This document shows positions 48,163 through 61,349 of a stretch of 64,000 nucleotides of DNA, in pieces (position 1 is the stretch's first letter; every line of letters begins with the position of its first letter). The stretch is from Sphaerodactylus townsendi (Eukaryota): NCBI RefSeq assembly GCF_021028975.2, contig NC_059427.1, positions 117,738,001 to 117,802,000 on the forward strand. The letters run 5' to 3'. The notes beneath the pieces were generated by a model that saw only the letters and a list, made by a program, of their open reading frames with translations, was not told where the DNA came from and searched no databases. Made by a program: the position numbers and the translations under genes.

Positions 48163-49696
48163 GTAAGGTCTCTTTGAATGGCAATGTCAGCACTCTCGAA
48201 CATGCTCGTTAAGGAAATGTTTATGTACTTATTTTTCATCTTCATATATACATAGGATAGATGATCACCAGTTCAATAACAATTAGTTTGTCACCTAGAC
48301 CTTTTTAAAAAAACACCATTAGAACTGTATGCCAAGGTGACCCAAGTTCCTTAACTGTGGAAATGGCCTTTTACTGGTTCTTCCTTATAATTACTTGATC
48401 ACTGGCTCTCCTACTTATCTTCACAACTAGAGTACCATCATAGTTTTTCTTTCATTCTGCTCAGCAGATTATAATTTAAGGCAGTGTTTGAATCAAGACC
48501 CAAAAAGGGGTTGTGATTCTCTCACAGGAGGGTCACAAAGCCAGGAGGGAGGAGGGTAGAACAGAGTGAATTGGAATAAGAGGCTCCGGGAGGTTTGACA
48601 ACAAAGTTGGGTTTGCTTCTGCATAATGTTAAAAATGGCCATGAAATACAATGATTGCTCAGTGGAACTTTCTTCATTTTAAACATGATAAACGGAATGT
48701 AAATGTGTTCAGTGTTAACTGATGGCATGTTCCTATGTTTTTATTGGGAAGGGGAAAATTTAGCAAGGAATTTCTTTGAACATAGATCCTGAAAAGTACA
48801 GCAAATTGAAATGTGATCTCACTCAAGAAAGTTGAGAACCATTTTTTAAAAGTTTCCACTACTTAAGGACCTTCATATCACTCCTCCCTGCAAGCTATTT
48901 TGATCCTGGTGTCTGACTAATAGATGGGGCTACCACATTCTCATTTTTCATTGTCCAAGTACCTCTTTTGGTTCTCATTCTCTGGGTGGCATTCAGTTCC
49001 CAGTATTAGAGAAATATGAAATATTTCACATGTTTCAGTGCTTGGATCATAATACCAATCTTGTGAACACTGTTATCAAATCATTAGTCTTCCAGTAAGT
49101 CAGGGCAATCAAGATCCAAGACATTGCTAATTTCGAAAATGAAGATACCAAGTATCAAGTTTGTATAGCAGACTCCTGGGTCTAGTCAGTAGTTGCGTCA
49201 GATGTCGTTTGATTTGTGGTTAGAACAAAAAGAAGTAATCTGTTTTCCGGTCTCTCATGTGAAGAGGAAGGCGATACGGCAGATCTTGAATTCCCATTTG
49301 GCAGCAAAAAGGTGGTAATCTTTTTAGAAGAGAATTTGTGGTGCCTTGTTTGAAAGTCACATGGTGAACTATTATACACAATTTATCAAATTGTGGCTCA
49401 CATAGTTGCATTATAAGCAGCTACCCCTGTGGCTGGTTCTATGTGTGATAATGGATGTTTAAACTTTTGGATTTATTCATATATTTGTACAGAACTGGTG
49501 CGTAAACATGGGTATGTAGCCACCGCTGTTTAATTTTGCCAGGCTTTAAACTAAATCTTCACTGCAGTGTCAGCAGAAACAACTGCTGCTCTGCACAAGA
49601 GATTGTTTATTTGCTGATGTCTTGAGCTACAGGGCAAGAGGGCAATGCAGCCACAGTGATTGTTAAGCTGTGTACTCTAACTTTGCCGTCCCACAG

Positions 49697-49843
49697 ATAC
49701 CGAGTGGCAATCTGGGTATGTTTGGCAATAGCGGAGCAGCACAAGCCAGGACCATGCAACAGCCGCAGCAACCGCCAGTGCAACCTCTTAACTCATCCCA
49801 GCCTAGTCTTCGTGCTCAAGTGCCTCAGTTTCTCTCCCCTCAG
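49697..49843 (+). CDS. TNRC6C: TNRC6C exon (IPSGNLGMF...QFLSPQ)
   Basis: ccacag|ATA ... CAG|gttaga; 147 nt. Confidence 0.94.
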
Positions 49844-50513
49844 GTTAGACTAACCTCTGCCAAAGTAGCAACAAGCAGGGGAGCAAAAATCCAAATGCCC
49901 CAGCCAGTGGCATGTAAAAACAGTTAGACCTGGTGACCAGCAATTGGATTATTGAGGTTACTGGGAAGCCCATTCCTCCTCTTTTCTGGCTCCTAGAAAA
50001 TCTCAAGTGTTTCAAGAGTTTTTGTGCATTGCTGGTGATAGCAATTTCTGTGTAACAGCCAATGTGTATTGCATATAATACTTCTAAACAGGGGAGAATG
50101 CCCCTTGATTTTAAAGGTTGACTGCGGTAAGTGACGGCTGATTGTGCCAACTAGACTAGCATAGTGCTTCTGGAATTATCTTTTTGGCAGGTACAATGTG
50201 TAACCAGATATCACTGAAATTTTAAATTCCCATGTCAGTGTATATGATTTCAGAAAAAAATAGTATTTTCTGTGTTCTTGTATATTGCGCAAAAACACCT
50301 ATGTGATTTTAAGTTATGATCAGATCTGGAAACGTGTTTTAGTTTGCTGCCATTATATACCTTTCAACAGCTTCTTTCACCTTCTGTGTATAATTTCTAG
50401 TTAAAGCAGCATGCATTGGACAAGCCCTTCCTTCAGCTTTGCTTAAATTAAGAGTACAAAAGTATAAATAATTACAGCTGTAGAGATGAAAGTCATTGTG
50501 TTCTTTTCTCTAG

Positions 50514-50633
50514 GTTCAAGCACAGCTTTTGCAGTTTGCAGCAAAAAACATTGGTCTCAATCCTGCACTATTAACCTCGCCAATTAATCCTCAGCATATG
50601 ACGATGTTGAACCAGCTATATCAGCTGCAGCTG
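50514..50633 (+). CDS. TNRC6C: TNRC6C exon (VQAQLLQF...LYQLQL), Q-rich region
   Basis: ttctctag|GTT ... CTG|gtgagt; 120 nt. Confidence 0.94.
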
Positions 50634-50910
50634 GTGAGTGAAAATTCATACTGAGAAATTTTCAGAGGCCAACATGACGGTCCTTAGAGCCATAAAAGTT
50701 GTTGTCTTCACTTGAGAAACAAAAATAAGAGTTCTATCAATAGCCACATCCAGGTGTCATGACAGAAGTTCATCCCAGACTGATCCAGATGTGACTTGTT
50801 ATCTTATATGCCTTGGAGACTTCAAAGTTTGGAAAACCTTGTGTCAAGCTTCAGTTTGCTTTGGCATTCAAATGCAGGGGTCTAGATCATTGAACTTCAT
50901 TATCTGCATT

Positions 50911-50965
50911 GTGCAGGGGGTTAGACTAGATGACTCTTGAGGTACCTTCCAGCTATATGTTTCTC
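50911..50965 (+). mobile_element. CR1 3' tip
   Basis: gcagggggttagactagatgac...gaggtaccttccagct. Confidence 0.55.
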
Positions 50966-52125
50966 CATCACCACTACCTGAGACTCTAAGGTTTGTGTGT
51001 GGGGAGGCATTCGTTGCCAGTTCATCCCTCGAGGAAACCTTCAATTTAGCTCCATGCATGACAGGAGGAGAGAAAGGAAGGAGTGTGGTAAGTGTAAAAA
51101 GAAATGTTATCTCAGAATGCAACATCAGAAATATCCTCTAGTTTTCTATTTCTAGGGTTTTTTCCTGTTGCATATTACTATTAATACCAGTATCATTAGT
51201 AAAGCCAGCTTTCTGTATGATTTTTCTCTGGTAGAAACTGAGAGTAATTTCCTTCCATTTATGCTAGTAATCATTCCTGTAAGCATCCCAGTAAGTCCAT
51301 ATTTTACTGCTGTTTGAGACCTTTTTTGATTGAATGCAGAAAACAGAAACTGTTTTTCTCATGCTCCAGATGGTAAGAAATTTGCTGTGCTTAGGATGTA
51401 CCGTGGTTTTGATGAAAATGCCCTATGAAGTGATTTTTTTTATTTATAATTTGGTTTGTAGGCCACCTTTCCCCTGATGGGATCAGGGCAGCCTACCACA
51501 ACATTCATAACAAAATCATAAAATCAACAATCAGATTCTCTCAGTAAATAAATATCTCATGGCGTGTTTTTATAGTTTTGTATCTTTCATTTCTGAAATA
51601 ACTTCAGAATAGGGACTTGCGCAAACGTAATGTTTAACCCTATATTTTTCTTAATCTGGTTAAAAGTTATGTCAGAATGTTTAAAACCTAGTTAAGGACT
51701 GTCCACAAACAAGGAAATTATGCTTGGTTTGAACTTGGTTTGCATGCCAAGGTTAAGTAATGTAGTTTTTGGTAAGTGAACAGCAAATCATGAACATGAC
51801 TCCTCATTCAAACACTGTGCAGTTAGCTTGGCAGGTTAAATGACAGTATTCCTATACACTAGGGATCTTAACTGGGTTTGGGGCAATAAATAGGGTTGCC
51901 AGTTATGAGTTAGGAAATACTAAATGTAGTGTTTTTAGATGTTGTAAGGGGAAACTTGTTTATCTGGATTGCTGTATGAAATCCATGTAACCATTAGTAA
52001 GTAGAAAGTCTTTAAAGTAGTTACTAATGTAAAGAAATCAAATTTTTGACTATTGACTATGGTTCCCATGAGAGCTTTGGCCATTTTCTCTTTATGACTT
52101 TTGACCCCTTATTTCCAATCTGCAG

Positions 52126-52209
52126 GCATACCAACGTTTACAAATCCAGCAGCAGATGTTACAGGCTCAGCGTAATGTTTCCGGACCCATTAGACAACAG
52201 GAGCAGCAA
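52126..52209 (+). CDS. TNRC6C: TNRC6C exon (AYQRLQIQQQM...QQEQQ)
   Basis: ctgcag|GCA ... CAA|gtatgt; 84 nt. Confidence 0.94.
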
Positions 52210-52480
52210 GTATGTTTAATCTTTTGACATGACTCCAAGCGTGCAGAATCTAGTGTGTTACATAGTTCAAGTTATTTCATTGAATAAGTCTGTTATATTG
52301 TGTGATTTAAAATCATAAACAATAGCAGGCGCCAGCTTCACATCTTCAGCACAGGCAAAAAGGACATAACCCTTAATTCATTGAGTTTATTGTTTGCTTT
52401 CTGGATTATGATAAAAAGAGCTGTGAACCTCTGTTCTGACACCTAGATGTTGACTTACTTTTGTTTTTGCTCATTGCCAG

Positions 52481-52712
52481 GTTGCACGTACAATCAATAA
52501 CATGCAGCAGCAGATCCAGCAGCACCAGCGACAGCTGGCCCAGGCCCTGCTTATGAAGCAGCAGCCACCCCCTCCACATCTATCTTTGCACCCCTCTGCA
52601 GGCAAATCAGCCATGGATAACTTTTCACCCCATCCCCAGGCTCCTGGCCTATCTGACCTGCAGACCAAAGAGCAACAGTCTTCACCGAACACCTTTGCTC
52701 CTTACCCCCTCG
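52481..52712 (+). CDS. TNRC6C: TNRC6C exon (VARTINNMQQQ...FAPYPL)
   Basis: tgccag|GTT ... CTCG|gtatgt; 232 nt. Confidence 0.95.
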
Positions 52713-53872
52713 GTATGTACAGTTTATTTAAGAACCTGATTGGAAGATGCTGATAATTGTACATGTAAACAGTGGTACCACTTGACCAGAATTCTAGCAA
52801 TTATTATTACTTCTGAACCATATTGGTTTTTGTTTATACTGTATTTCATAATTATGGCAGCTGATGTCACCAAACTAAAATCAGTAAACATTTCCCATAC
52901 TTGACAGCAAGAATAGGCAGTGTCTCAGCTTTAAAAAAAGGTTGCAAGAACATGATGATGATACAAGTAAAACTGTTGTGAGAATCTCAGTACATTCATT
53001 TGTGTCCAAGAAAAAAATTATCGTAAATGTCTTTGCAAACTGTGGGAAACTCAAAATTTGCACAAAATTTTTCTCATTGATAGTATGTGGAGTTCAATAA
53101 AAGACATTTTTTAAAAAATCATAGAGATTTCACAAGGTTACCTTGCAAAATATTGATACTTCTAAATGGTTCTGTGTTTTATTTCATCCCATTTGGAGCT
53201 GGGGGACCAGAGGGAAGGAATGGGAGAGGGAAGAATTAAGGGACTGCAGGAGTGGGGAAGGGAGAAGGAAAACCAGGAGAGGAAAGTAGCAGCTGATGAG
53301 AGGGACAGAGAAGCTGATGAGAAAAGACGAAAAGCAGGAGCCAGAGCAACATGGGAGGAAACGGGGGAAGGGGAGAGAAATATATAAATAACCTTTCAGT
53401 TCTCAAGAGTTCCCCTGCTTGCATAATCTGTTCATTATCTCTGTACTGAAAATGACAACAGGAATTGATGCAGGAATGGAAGGTGGCTGATCATGAAGAG
53501 AATGAGCTGGATGAGTCTGGAAACTTGCAGTGCATTTGTGCTCCTTCATCTGTGCAATTGCTTACTTTCCATAGTACCTCACTGTCCCCTACAATTCCCA
53601 AGTCCATGTCCTCTACTGGCCCTTGTTAGATTTAAAACTTTCACTTCACAAACTATTTAATTAACTTATGGAAGATGTGGTGATGAATACTAGATTTGGG
53701 GGCTTTGGATTGTTTGATTTCCCCCGATCACTTCCTTTGCTCTTAAACACCACCAATTGTTGCCTTATCTGTAGGAACAAAGTGTTAACTTTTAAAAGCT
53801 TAGAAGTGAAGTGTGAATAAATAATAGAGACAGGTATGAAGGATGTATAACAGTCTGTCCACTTCATCTTAG

Positions 53873-54040
53873 CTGGACTGAATCCAAACATGAATGTAAA
53901 CAGCATGGACATTCCTGGTGGTTTGTCAGTGAAGGACACTTCTCAGTCCCAATCTCGCCTTCCTCAGTGGACACATCCCAATTCAATGGATAATCTCTCC
54001 AATGCGGCTTCTGCACTTGACCAGAATCCTAGCAAGCATG
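53873..54040 (+). CDS. TNRC6C: TNRC6C exon (AGLNPNMNV...QSRLPQW...PSKH)
   Basis: tcttag|CTGGA ... CATG|gtatgt; 168 nt; contains the QSRLPQW CCR4-NOT interaction motif. Confidence 0.94.
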
Positions 54041-55113
54041 GTATGTGTTGTGCTCTAAGTGTGTAACTTGTAATAGCAAAAAGCCTTCTGGTCCAGATAT
54101 TTCTTTCTTTGTACAGATTGTCAATGACTGGCAAAATACTTTCACTGAATATAAATTGTTCTGTGCAACAAGCTTAAATTCATATTAGAATGCCAAGCTA
54201 AAAATGTGAACTCAGAAGGGCATTGCATGTATACAGTGTTCCTATAGCGTTTAGACAGCATTTGGCATTTAAGATGGATTAAATTAAGGATGCATTTTGT
54301 AGCTATTTAATGGACAAATAATCTATAATAAAATACTCAATGCAAAAGGTATGCATAAATACTTCAGATCAGTGTTATTGGCTCTGGATAATAAATTCCA
54401 AGTTGTATCCTTTTTTAAAAAAAGTTATTTATTCACATAGTTTTTCTGATCAACTTGGTAGATGCCAAGTTGAATTTCAAGCACCTCAGCTTTAGATGGC
54501 TTAAAAATAATCGAGACTGTATTTTTGTCATTATTTCTTAGTTCTTAGTGGTATGTTGAGAGACTAAAACATGTTACTGCTCATGTAAGAAATAAGTCCA
54601 GAAAGAATAAATCACTGAGATAATGCAAATGCTGTGAAGTATACTTCGTATGCATCATATTAATGCTAATATAATGTGTTTTAAGTCAAATGCATGTGAA
54701 GCTAAACTGAAATTCATGGTGGCCCTGAAGGTCAAAATATATCATAGCCTCTGCTCAAGTTTCCAAATCACATTTCCTAAACTCACAATTATGTTCTCCA
54801 AAAATATTTAAGCTTTCTGTCTGCATTGATTTGTCACTTTAATGATCTAAATCTACTGATTAAATTTACCTGAGTAGTGCCTATTCTGTTCTTTATTAGG
54901 ATTTTCTTTGTTCATGGTGTAATCCCACCATCATGGTTGTTCTGAACCAACCTAGAAACCGCTGTATAAAGTTCTAGAGCTCTAGGCTAAAATTTGATGC
55001 AAACTACATGTTTCATACTACTAAATATGAGTAACGATACTGCTGTATTAAGAGAAGCAGTCAAAAATTAACTTTGGTCTTGCATTCTCCATTCTTTTCT
55101 TGTGTGTGTTCAG

Positions 55114-55305
55114 GTGCTATCCCTGGAGGTCTGAGTATTGGTCCTCCAGGAAAGTCCTCCATTGATGACTCTTATGGCCGGTATGATCTGATTCAAAACA
55201 GTGAATCACCAGCCAGTCCTCCTGTAGCCGTTCCTCACAGCTGGTCACGTGCCAAATCTGATAATGATAAGATCTCCAATGGTTCCAGCATCAACTGGCC
55301 ACCAG
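55114..55305 (+). CDS. TNRC6C: TNRC6C exon (GAIPGGLS...SSINWPP), first half of PAM2
   Basis: gttcag|GTGCT ... CCAG|gtaact; 192 nt. Confidence 0.95.
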
Positions 55306-55546
55306 GTAACTCTTGATAACTACTGTAGACTCATACTGTTACAATGACTGTTTGTCTACTTAGCTTTACTGTGCCACTTTTTGTTTATAAAGTCTTCAAA
55401 ATGAATTAGGGTGTTTTACAAATGTTAGCTTGTTCCATTCCTTCCCATTATATCAGCTTCTGCTCCTTTGCCCTAGAAGTTGTTCTGTTGGTGGCTTTAG
55501 AATGGTCATTGTTTGGTGTCCTCCAAAACCCTATGAGGAAGTAGAT

Positions 55547-56040
55547 TTAGTTATTTATTTATTAGATTTGTAGCCCACCTTTCCTGACTGTAGTCACATT
55601 CAAGGCAGCTCATATTATAATTAAGACAATAAGTATAAAATCAATAATTAAAACCTTATCATTAAATGCCTATGTTTCAATCCACATGGTACCCTTAATA
55701 AAATTTAAATGTCTGGTAAAGGAAGCCAGAGAAGGTGGGACGGGAGAAAAAAAGCAAGAAAAAAGGGAACAAAAAATAACAGATAACTAAAAATACAACA
55801 AAAACAAAACAGGGATAGGAAGGCCAGCAGGACATATCCGTTTCTGCTTCAACCATAGGAACATCTCATTCTTATAGCCTCTGCCGAACTGAGCCAGATC
55901 CTGCAAGGTCTGGGTCTCACTAGACAGAGAGTTTCACCAGACCAGGGCTAGAGCTGAAAAAGCTGAGGACATCTGGATTATTCTGGGGCCAGGGACCACC
56001 ATCAGATTGTCACCAGCAGAGTGTAATGCTCTCTGGGGGT
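55547..56040 (-). mobile_element. Old L2 3' fragment
   Basis: (ttta)n...gcccacctt tail; gagtttcaccagaccagggctagagctgaaaa is the reverse of the AFxALAPxWWN coding motif. Confidence 0.6.
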
Positions 56041-56420
56041 GTATCAGGATTAAAGTTAATTAATCCAGATGTAGTGTTCCCAAAAGTAACAAGGAAACCC
56101 CAAGTTCTATGTGCCTGATTTATTATTGAACAAAATATGTGTTTGTGGGAAGGGAAATGCCTCCAGGGAACCATGCCAATATAAACTGGGATAAAAACTT
56201 CTTTTGTTGTCTCTGTCACGATGAGCTGCCATAAATTAGATCCCAAAATGAGTCTGCCGAGTCTTCCGAAGATGAGATTGTCCTTCTGTCATTAGCAGAA
56301 TTCCCATGTTCCTTCATCAAGTCATGGTAGTCTTGGTTTCTGTCTATTTTTCTACTGTACTGTTATCCTCTTATGCACATTTTGGAAGTCAACGTAATGC
56401 TTCTGTACTTTTCCAAACAG

Positions 56421-56564
56421 AATTTCATCCTGGGGTACCATGGAAAGGATTGCAGAACATTGATCCTGAGAATGATCCTGATGTTACACCTGGAAGTGTT
56501 CCAACAGGGCCCACCATAAACACCACCATACAGGATGTTAATCGCTACCTGCTCAAAAGTGGAG
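56421..56564 (+). CDS. TNRC6C: TNRC6C exon (EFHPGVPWKGLQNIDPENDP...LLKSG), second half of PAM2
   Basis: aaacag|AATTT ... GGAG|gtagag; 144 nt. Confidence 0.95.
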
Positions 56565-56993
56565 GTAGAGTAGTTGTCCTGTGTCCTGTTGCATCTATTG
56601 TTTCCCTTCCTTTCTTTTCCACTTCTACATGTTATAGTGCCTGCTAGTCTGAAAGTGACCTAGCTGTACTCAAAACCACGCTAGACTTGGCATACTATCA
56701 TGTAGTTCTTGATCACCTTTCTCTCTTGATAAATAAAAACAGGTATTGGGAAGCTACAAGTTTAAGCAGATGTGTAGAAAGGGAAGGAGTGCTATTGCTT
56801 GACTGTTTCAGCTCTAGCCATTTTTGCCTCAAAATCGTGCTTTTCCAGCTGAGTTACCACTTAAAAAAGAAAAGGTGTAGCCGGAGAGGGGAGGTTCAGC
56901 AGGCCATCACCCTCCACTTGGAGTTGCAGCCTTGCAAGATAACTTTTATTTTATAAAACAAAAGTGGCTCATCTTGTATGAGCTTATTGTCAC

Positions 56994-57123
56994 TAGATGT
57001 CAAACTCGCAGCCCTCCAGATGTTGTGGACTACAGTTCCCATCATCCCCTGCCAGCAGGATGCTGGTGGGGATGATGGGAACTGTAGTCCATAACATCTG
57101 GAGGGCCGCGACTTTGGCACCTG
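56994..57123. mobile_element. Palindromic hAT MITE (shorter subfamily)
   Basis: tgtcaaactcgcagccctccagatgtt...aacatctggagggccgcgactttggcacctg; TSD not evident. Confidence 0.8.
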
Positions 57124-60100
57124 GAAGCAGAGGCCAACAATCTTTATGCTTTGTCGATGTTGCTTAAACATGCATATGGCTTTTTTTGTTTGTTTCTTTC
57201 TTTTTGCTTGGAGGTGTGAGGATTTCTTTGTCCACTTTGGACTTTGCAAGATGTGGAAATTTTTAACAGAGTAGATTTAAGGATGAAACTGCACGTTTTC
57301 TGGAAGTTGTTCTTTCATCCTTGGGTTTCAGTAAATATTATCTTCCCACTTTTCTCTTCCTTCCTCTTACAACTGCAAAATTCCAAGCCCCAGTAGTCAA
57401 CTTGTTAATTAGGGGGCAAGTACAAAAAACATGATGGATGCCATTTAAGATGCAAAAAAAAAAAAAAAAAAGGCTGCCCCATCACTAAACCCAGCAATGG
57501 AGAATATAAAAAACCTTAGATGTCTGTACCTTGAGATATGCTTTCTCCTTTCTTTATCTGAGATTCTTCAAACAGTAGGTTATTAGGCCCCCGCTCCCTT
57601 TACTGCCAAACTAGATTCTGTAGCACCAGGACAGGGAATTAAGCTGAGCTTATCTGGCGGCTTTGTTTGACAAGAATGCTACAACTTCAAATATATGTTG
57701 CCCAAAGCAAGTCTAGTAGAAGTAATAGTAACGAAATAATCATGTTCAAATTATTTGTTGACCTTCCCAGTATGAATTGTACTGCCATAGGCTGTATCTT
57801 CCAGAGTGCTTGAGAGCCAGATCTTTATATCTGGCAACCGGAGTTCACCTTGAAGGGACTTCTTGTTACTTTTTGTAGCTTAATTATTACATTTTATTCG
57901 ATTATTTTCAAGAATGCTGCCTGATCATGGTGAAATAATGAACGCTTTTCATTTTCCAAATTGAAATTAAGACATTTATATGAAATGTGAATTATAGGAG
58001 CTAGGTACTTTAAAGATATTATTCCTCAGTTAATAAACATTTGCATGTGTGTGTAAAAACATCCTGCTTTTCCCCCCCTACTTGCAACCCCTTGAGGAAA
58101 TTCTAAATACCCCCTTGCTTTCAGCACTTGCCCACATTTTTGTACATATGTCAAAAAGCCTGTGCAGGCCTATCAAAAGCAGGGCAGGGGGCTGCTCCAC
58201 TCCCTGAAAGGTGTAGAGTTTGTTGAAACCAGCCAGTTCCACTTAATGGTTTGCCCACGTCTCGTACTACTTCAATGGCATGCATTGCTGAGACCATGAA
58301 AACATTGTGTATTATTCCTACTAAACTCATCAAAAACCTGAGAAGAAATGATCAGGCTGGGTTTTGGGACCTGATGCAAAGGGAAACTGAAGGAAGGAAG
58401 AAGAGGGGAGAACTGAGAAATGAATTGCAGGGAAATTTCTGGGCTATGGAAAAAATAACAATGGAGAGGAGTGTTGTGAGTGTGCAGCGAGAACCTGCGA
58501 TTACAGTGCAGAGCAAGTGCAGTTGTGTGCATGGGTGGGGAAATGGTGGGTAAGGGCTTCCAAGCTGCTTGTGAGAAAAAAGAGAAGAGGGTAACAGTGA
58601 GTGCCCCAGATATCTTTGTGCTGGGAAAGAGATGGAATTGACAGAAGAGTGAGAGTATGTGTTGGAGAGAGCTCTACAGTGTAGAGAAAAACAAGGTGAC
58701 AAAGAGGAAGTGGCTTGAAGAGAGAAAATAGCACGTTCTCTGGGGCACAGAGAAGAAGGTTAAATAGATTATTTTCAGGAACTCGTTTAATTAAAGTTGT
58801 AAGATTCTTTTGTGGTTTATAGTGTGAAGAGGGCCTTTTGAGCTGACATAAATGCAGAAGTGGCCCTCAGATTAATCTGAATCTTTCACCTCTTCTTTTG
58901 GACAGTCTTCAGAGTAGAATTATTTCATCCCATTAAAAAATCTACTTACCACACCAAGGAAACCCACGTTATGGGATGAAAAATAACTTTGCAAATCAGC
59001 AATATGTTGTTTGCATGATATTCATTACTCCTGAAATGTTTGAGAGCTGGTTCCAGTATCCCATTTCAGTCTGTTTTTTGGATGGTTGGAAGAGTGCTGT
59101 AATCTTCTATGTGCTATAAGCTCTTCTCCACTTGGGTGCTGATACTTTCTTCCATTATCAGTTTTGCTCTTAACCATGCCTTGATTTGACATCCAAATTA
59201 GGCCAGCTGTGACTGTTGCTAAACAGCAAACCACAATTTTAAAGTCAAAGTTTGAAGTGAATTTGCGAACTGAATTGTTTTGCAGTGCTGGTTTGAGAAG
59301 ATACACATGAGTAGTAGAGGGTCAGGAGATCCTATCTAAATAGAGAAGCTGAAGCTATAAACAAAATGAATTTGCAGACTGTGAACAGAAAAGCCTTTTA
59401 TAATTGATGCATGTTTTCCAACCTGTAGATGTGAAATTACAAACTGCTTCATGCATGACAGAAAAAAGGGTTCACGTATTATGTGCATTGTGTGTACCCT
59501 CTAACATATATGAGGGGAAATCTGCTGCCTTTCACATCTCTTGTAACCACACAAGCAAGGAACATGTAAACCACACGCAGCCTTGTGAAGTCTTTTTTAA
59601 AGGTAGTGCTTCCCATATTTCTGGCTTTGTGCTAAAATAGTGACCATCATATATACATCATTAGATACTCCGATCTAAGAATTGTCATAGAAATTGTTTT
59701 TGTAATTGGAATCAAGCTTTTCTCTGCTCTGATTTCGCATTCATTGACTATAATCAGCTCTTAAGATGGTCACAAGACCCTCATGCCTGTTTATGATTGG
59801 GAAGGGGACAGGCACGTAAGCTCTGTGGCCCTGGAATGAGTGGATTAGACGCAATGAAAGAAACTCAGTTATCTCAATAGGGCGGTAGGGAAATTGCAAC
59901 GTGTGCACATGATTCCCACATTCCCATTCTGTCTTTTATATCCTCTCTTCCCCATATAAGTTACTTACACTCAGAACACCAATAACTTGCAGGAGGGCTG
60001 GATGGAATGTGCACACAGACCTCTCATTCCTGCATCATCTCTCATGCTGTCCATGTGTTTGCTGGGAGACACTGAAAACAGGGCTGCATTGAGCTCTGTC

Positions 60101-61232
60101 AAGATTTGACTGTATTGTTCCATATATCTTCAGTAGAAATGCTGATTGTTAAAGTTGTGCTCAAGAATAAGGCTTTGTGTTGAATGATTTGCATTGAATG
60201 ATTCCTTAATCAAAATAGACACGCACGCGTATATCATTGAATATGTGCAGTCCTTGTCTAGCAAGGGTTGACAAGATTCCTGTCACACAGGATACCTCCA
60301 TATGTTATGCTATCTTTCATGATTCATTTCAGTACAAAATACTTGAGCCCATTCCCTGGTGTTCTGCTACATATGAAAATTAGTTTGTTGGAGTTAACAT
60401 TTTCAGTTCAAAAGAAACATCGGTGTTACATTTTATTCGTTTGGATTGGAAACTTTTCCTCTTATTTCAATGCATGTTGCACATGCTGGCCAGAAGACTT
60501 GTAACTTTCATGTTTGGACGTTCTGGCCACAAAAAGTTTCACTGGGCACGTAGTGCTCCAATTTAACTGTTAGTATTTTTATAGTCTAATATTTTGCCGA
60601 CTGTCAATGGTAGCAGAGTCTACCTCCTCACTCTCAAAGCAGATGCAAAGACATACTTTGTTCCCTTGTACAGTTCTGCAGCCTTGACTTTCTCCAGTGT
60701 GCATTTTTAGATGCCACCATTGCTGTGCAGAGGTTGCAAAAGCAGCCTCAACTGCCAAGCTGTGTCGTGCATGAAACTCGACTGATGAGATAGTTGCAAG
60801 GTTTCTTGAGATAGAGATAAGGATTTGTACCTTGGAAGCATTCTGGGGAAGGCCAGTAAGGCTTTTTGAGAGCCCCAAGTGTCATTAGGAGAAATGGCTA
60901 AGTTTTCATAAACATTTTCCATCCACAATCCCTGCACCCTGAATACCATTTCAATAGATGTCACCTCCTTGGACATGACCAGTTAGGCAAGTTAGAGTGC
61001 ATATCTGTTGTATGGGCATCACCACCCTTGTCATAATGTCATCTTTTTCCTGCCCAATATGCTGCCTTGGATCATGTTTTCATACCCATTCCTAGAACTC
61101 TAAGGGCAAGGCTGGGGTAGCTTTCTTACCTTGCATGGTTTCTGTTTGCACATGACGGTGTTAGAATTGCATATGCTACTATAGACGCCATTCTGCCCAT
61201 CTTTCTTAGTTGCTTCTTTGCTGGTTCTGCAG

Positions 61233-61349
61233 GGTCATCCCCAACATCATCTCAGAATGCCACGCTGCCTTCATCGAGTGCCTGGCCACTTAGTGCCTCC
61301 AGCTACAGTAGCTCTTTCAGCAGCATTGCATCCACACCTAGCATTGCAG
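61233..61349 (+). CDS. TNRC6C: TNRC6C probable cassette exon (GSSPTSSQNATLPSSSAWPLSASSYSSSFSSIASTPSIA)
   Basis: ttctgcag|GGTCA ... GCAG|gtatga; 117 nt, symmetric phase 1-1; resembles the isoform-specific insert of mammalian TNRC6C (recalled). Confidence 0.88.

Larger units (their letters stand above)
22852..61349 (+). other. TNRC6C: TNRC6C (GW182 paralog) multi-exon coding span; gene continues beyond both ends of the window
   Basis: 15 GT-AG exons join in frame into a protein with GW repeats, UBA-like domain (LTDMGFPREPAEEALKS), Q-rich region and PAM2 (SSINWPPEFHPGVPWKG). Segments MATGSAQGNFTGHTKK and [24 protein letters not shown] match TNRC6C as recalled. Confidence 0.97.

Noticed and set aside
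53200-53385. E/R/K-rich ORF 53166-53387
   Set aside because: Purine-rich low-complexity intron with no compatible splice sites; flanking exons join without it
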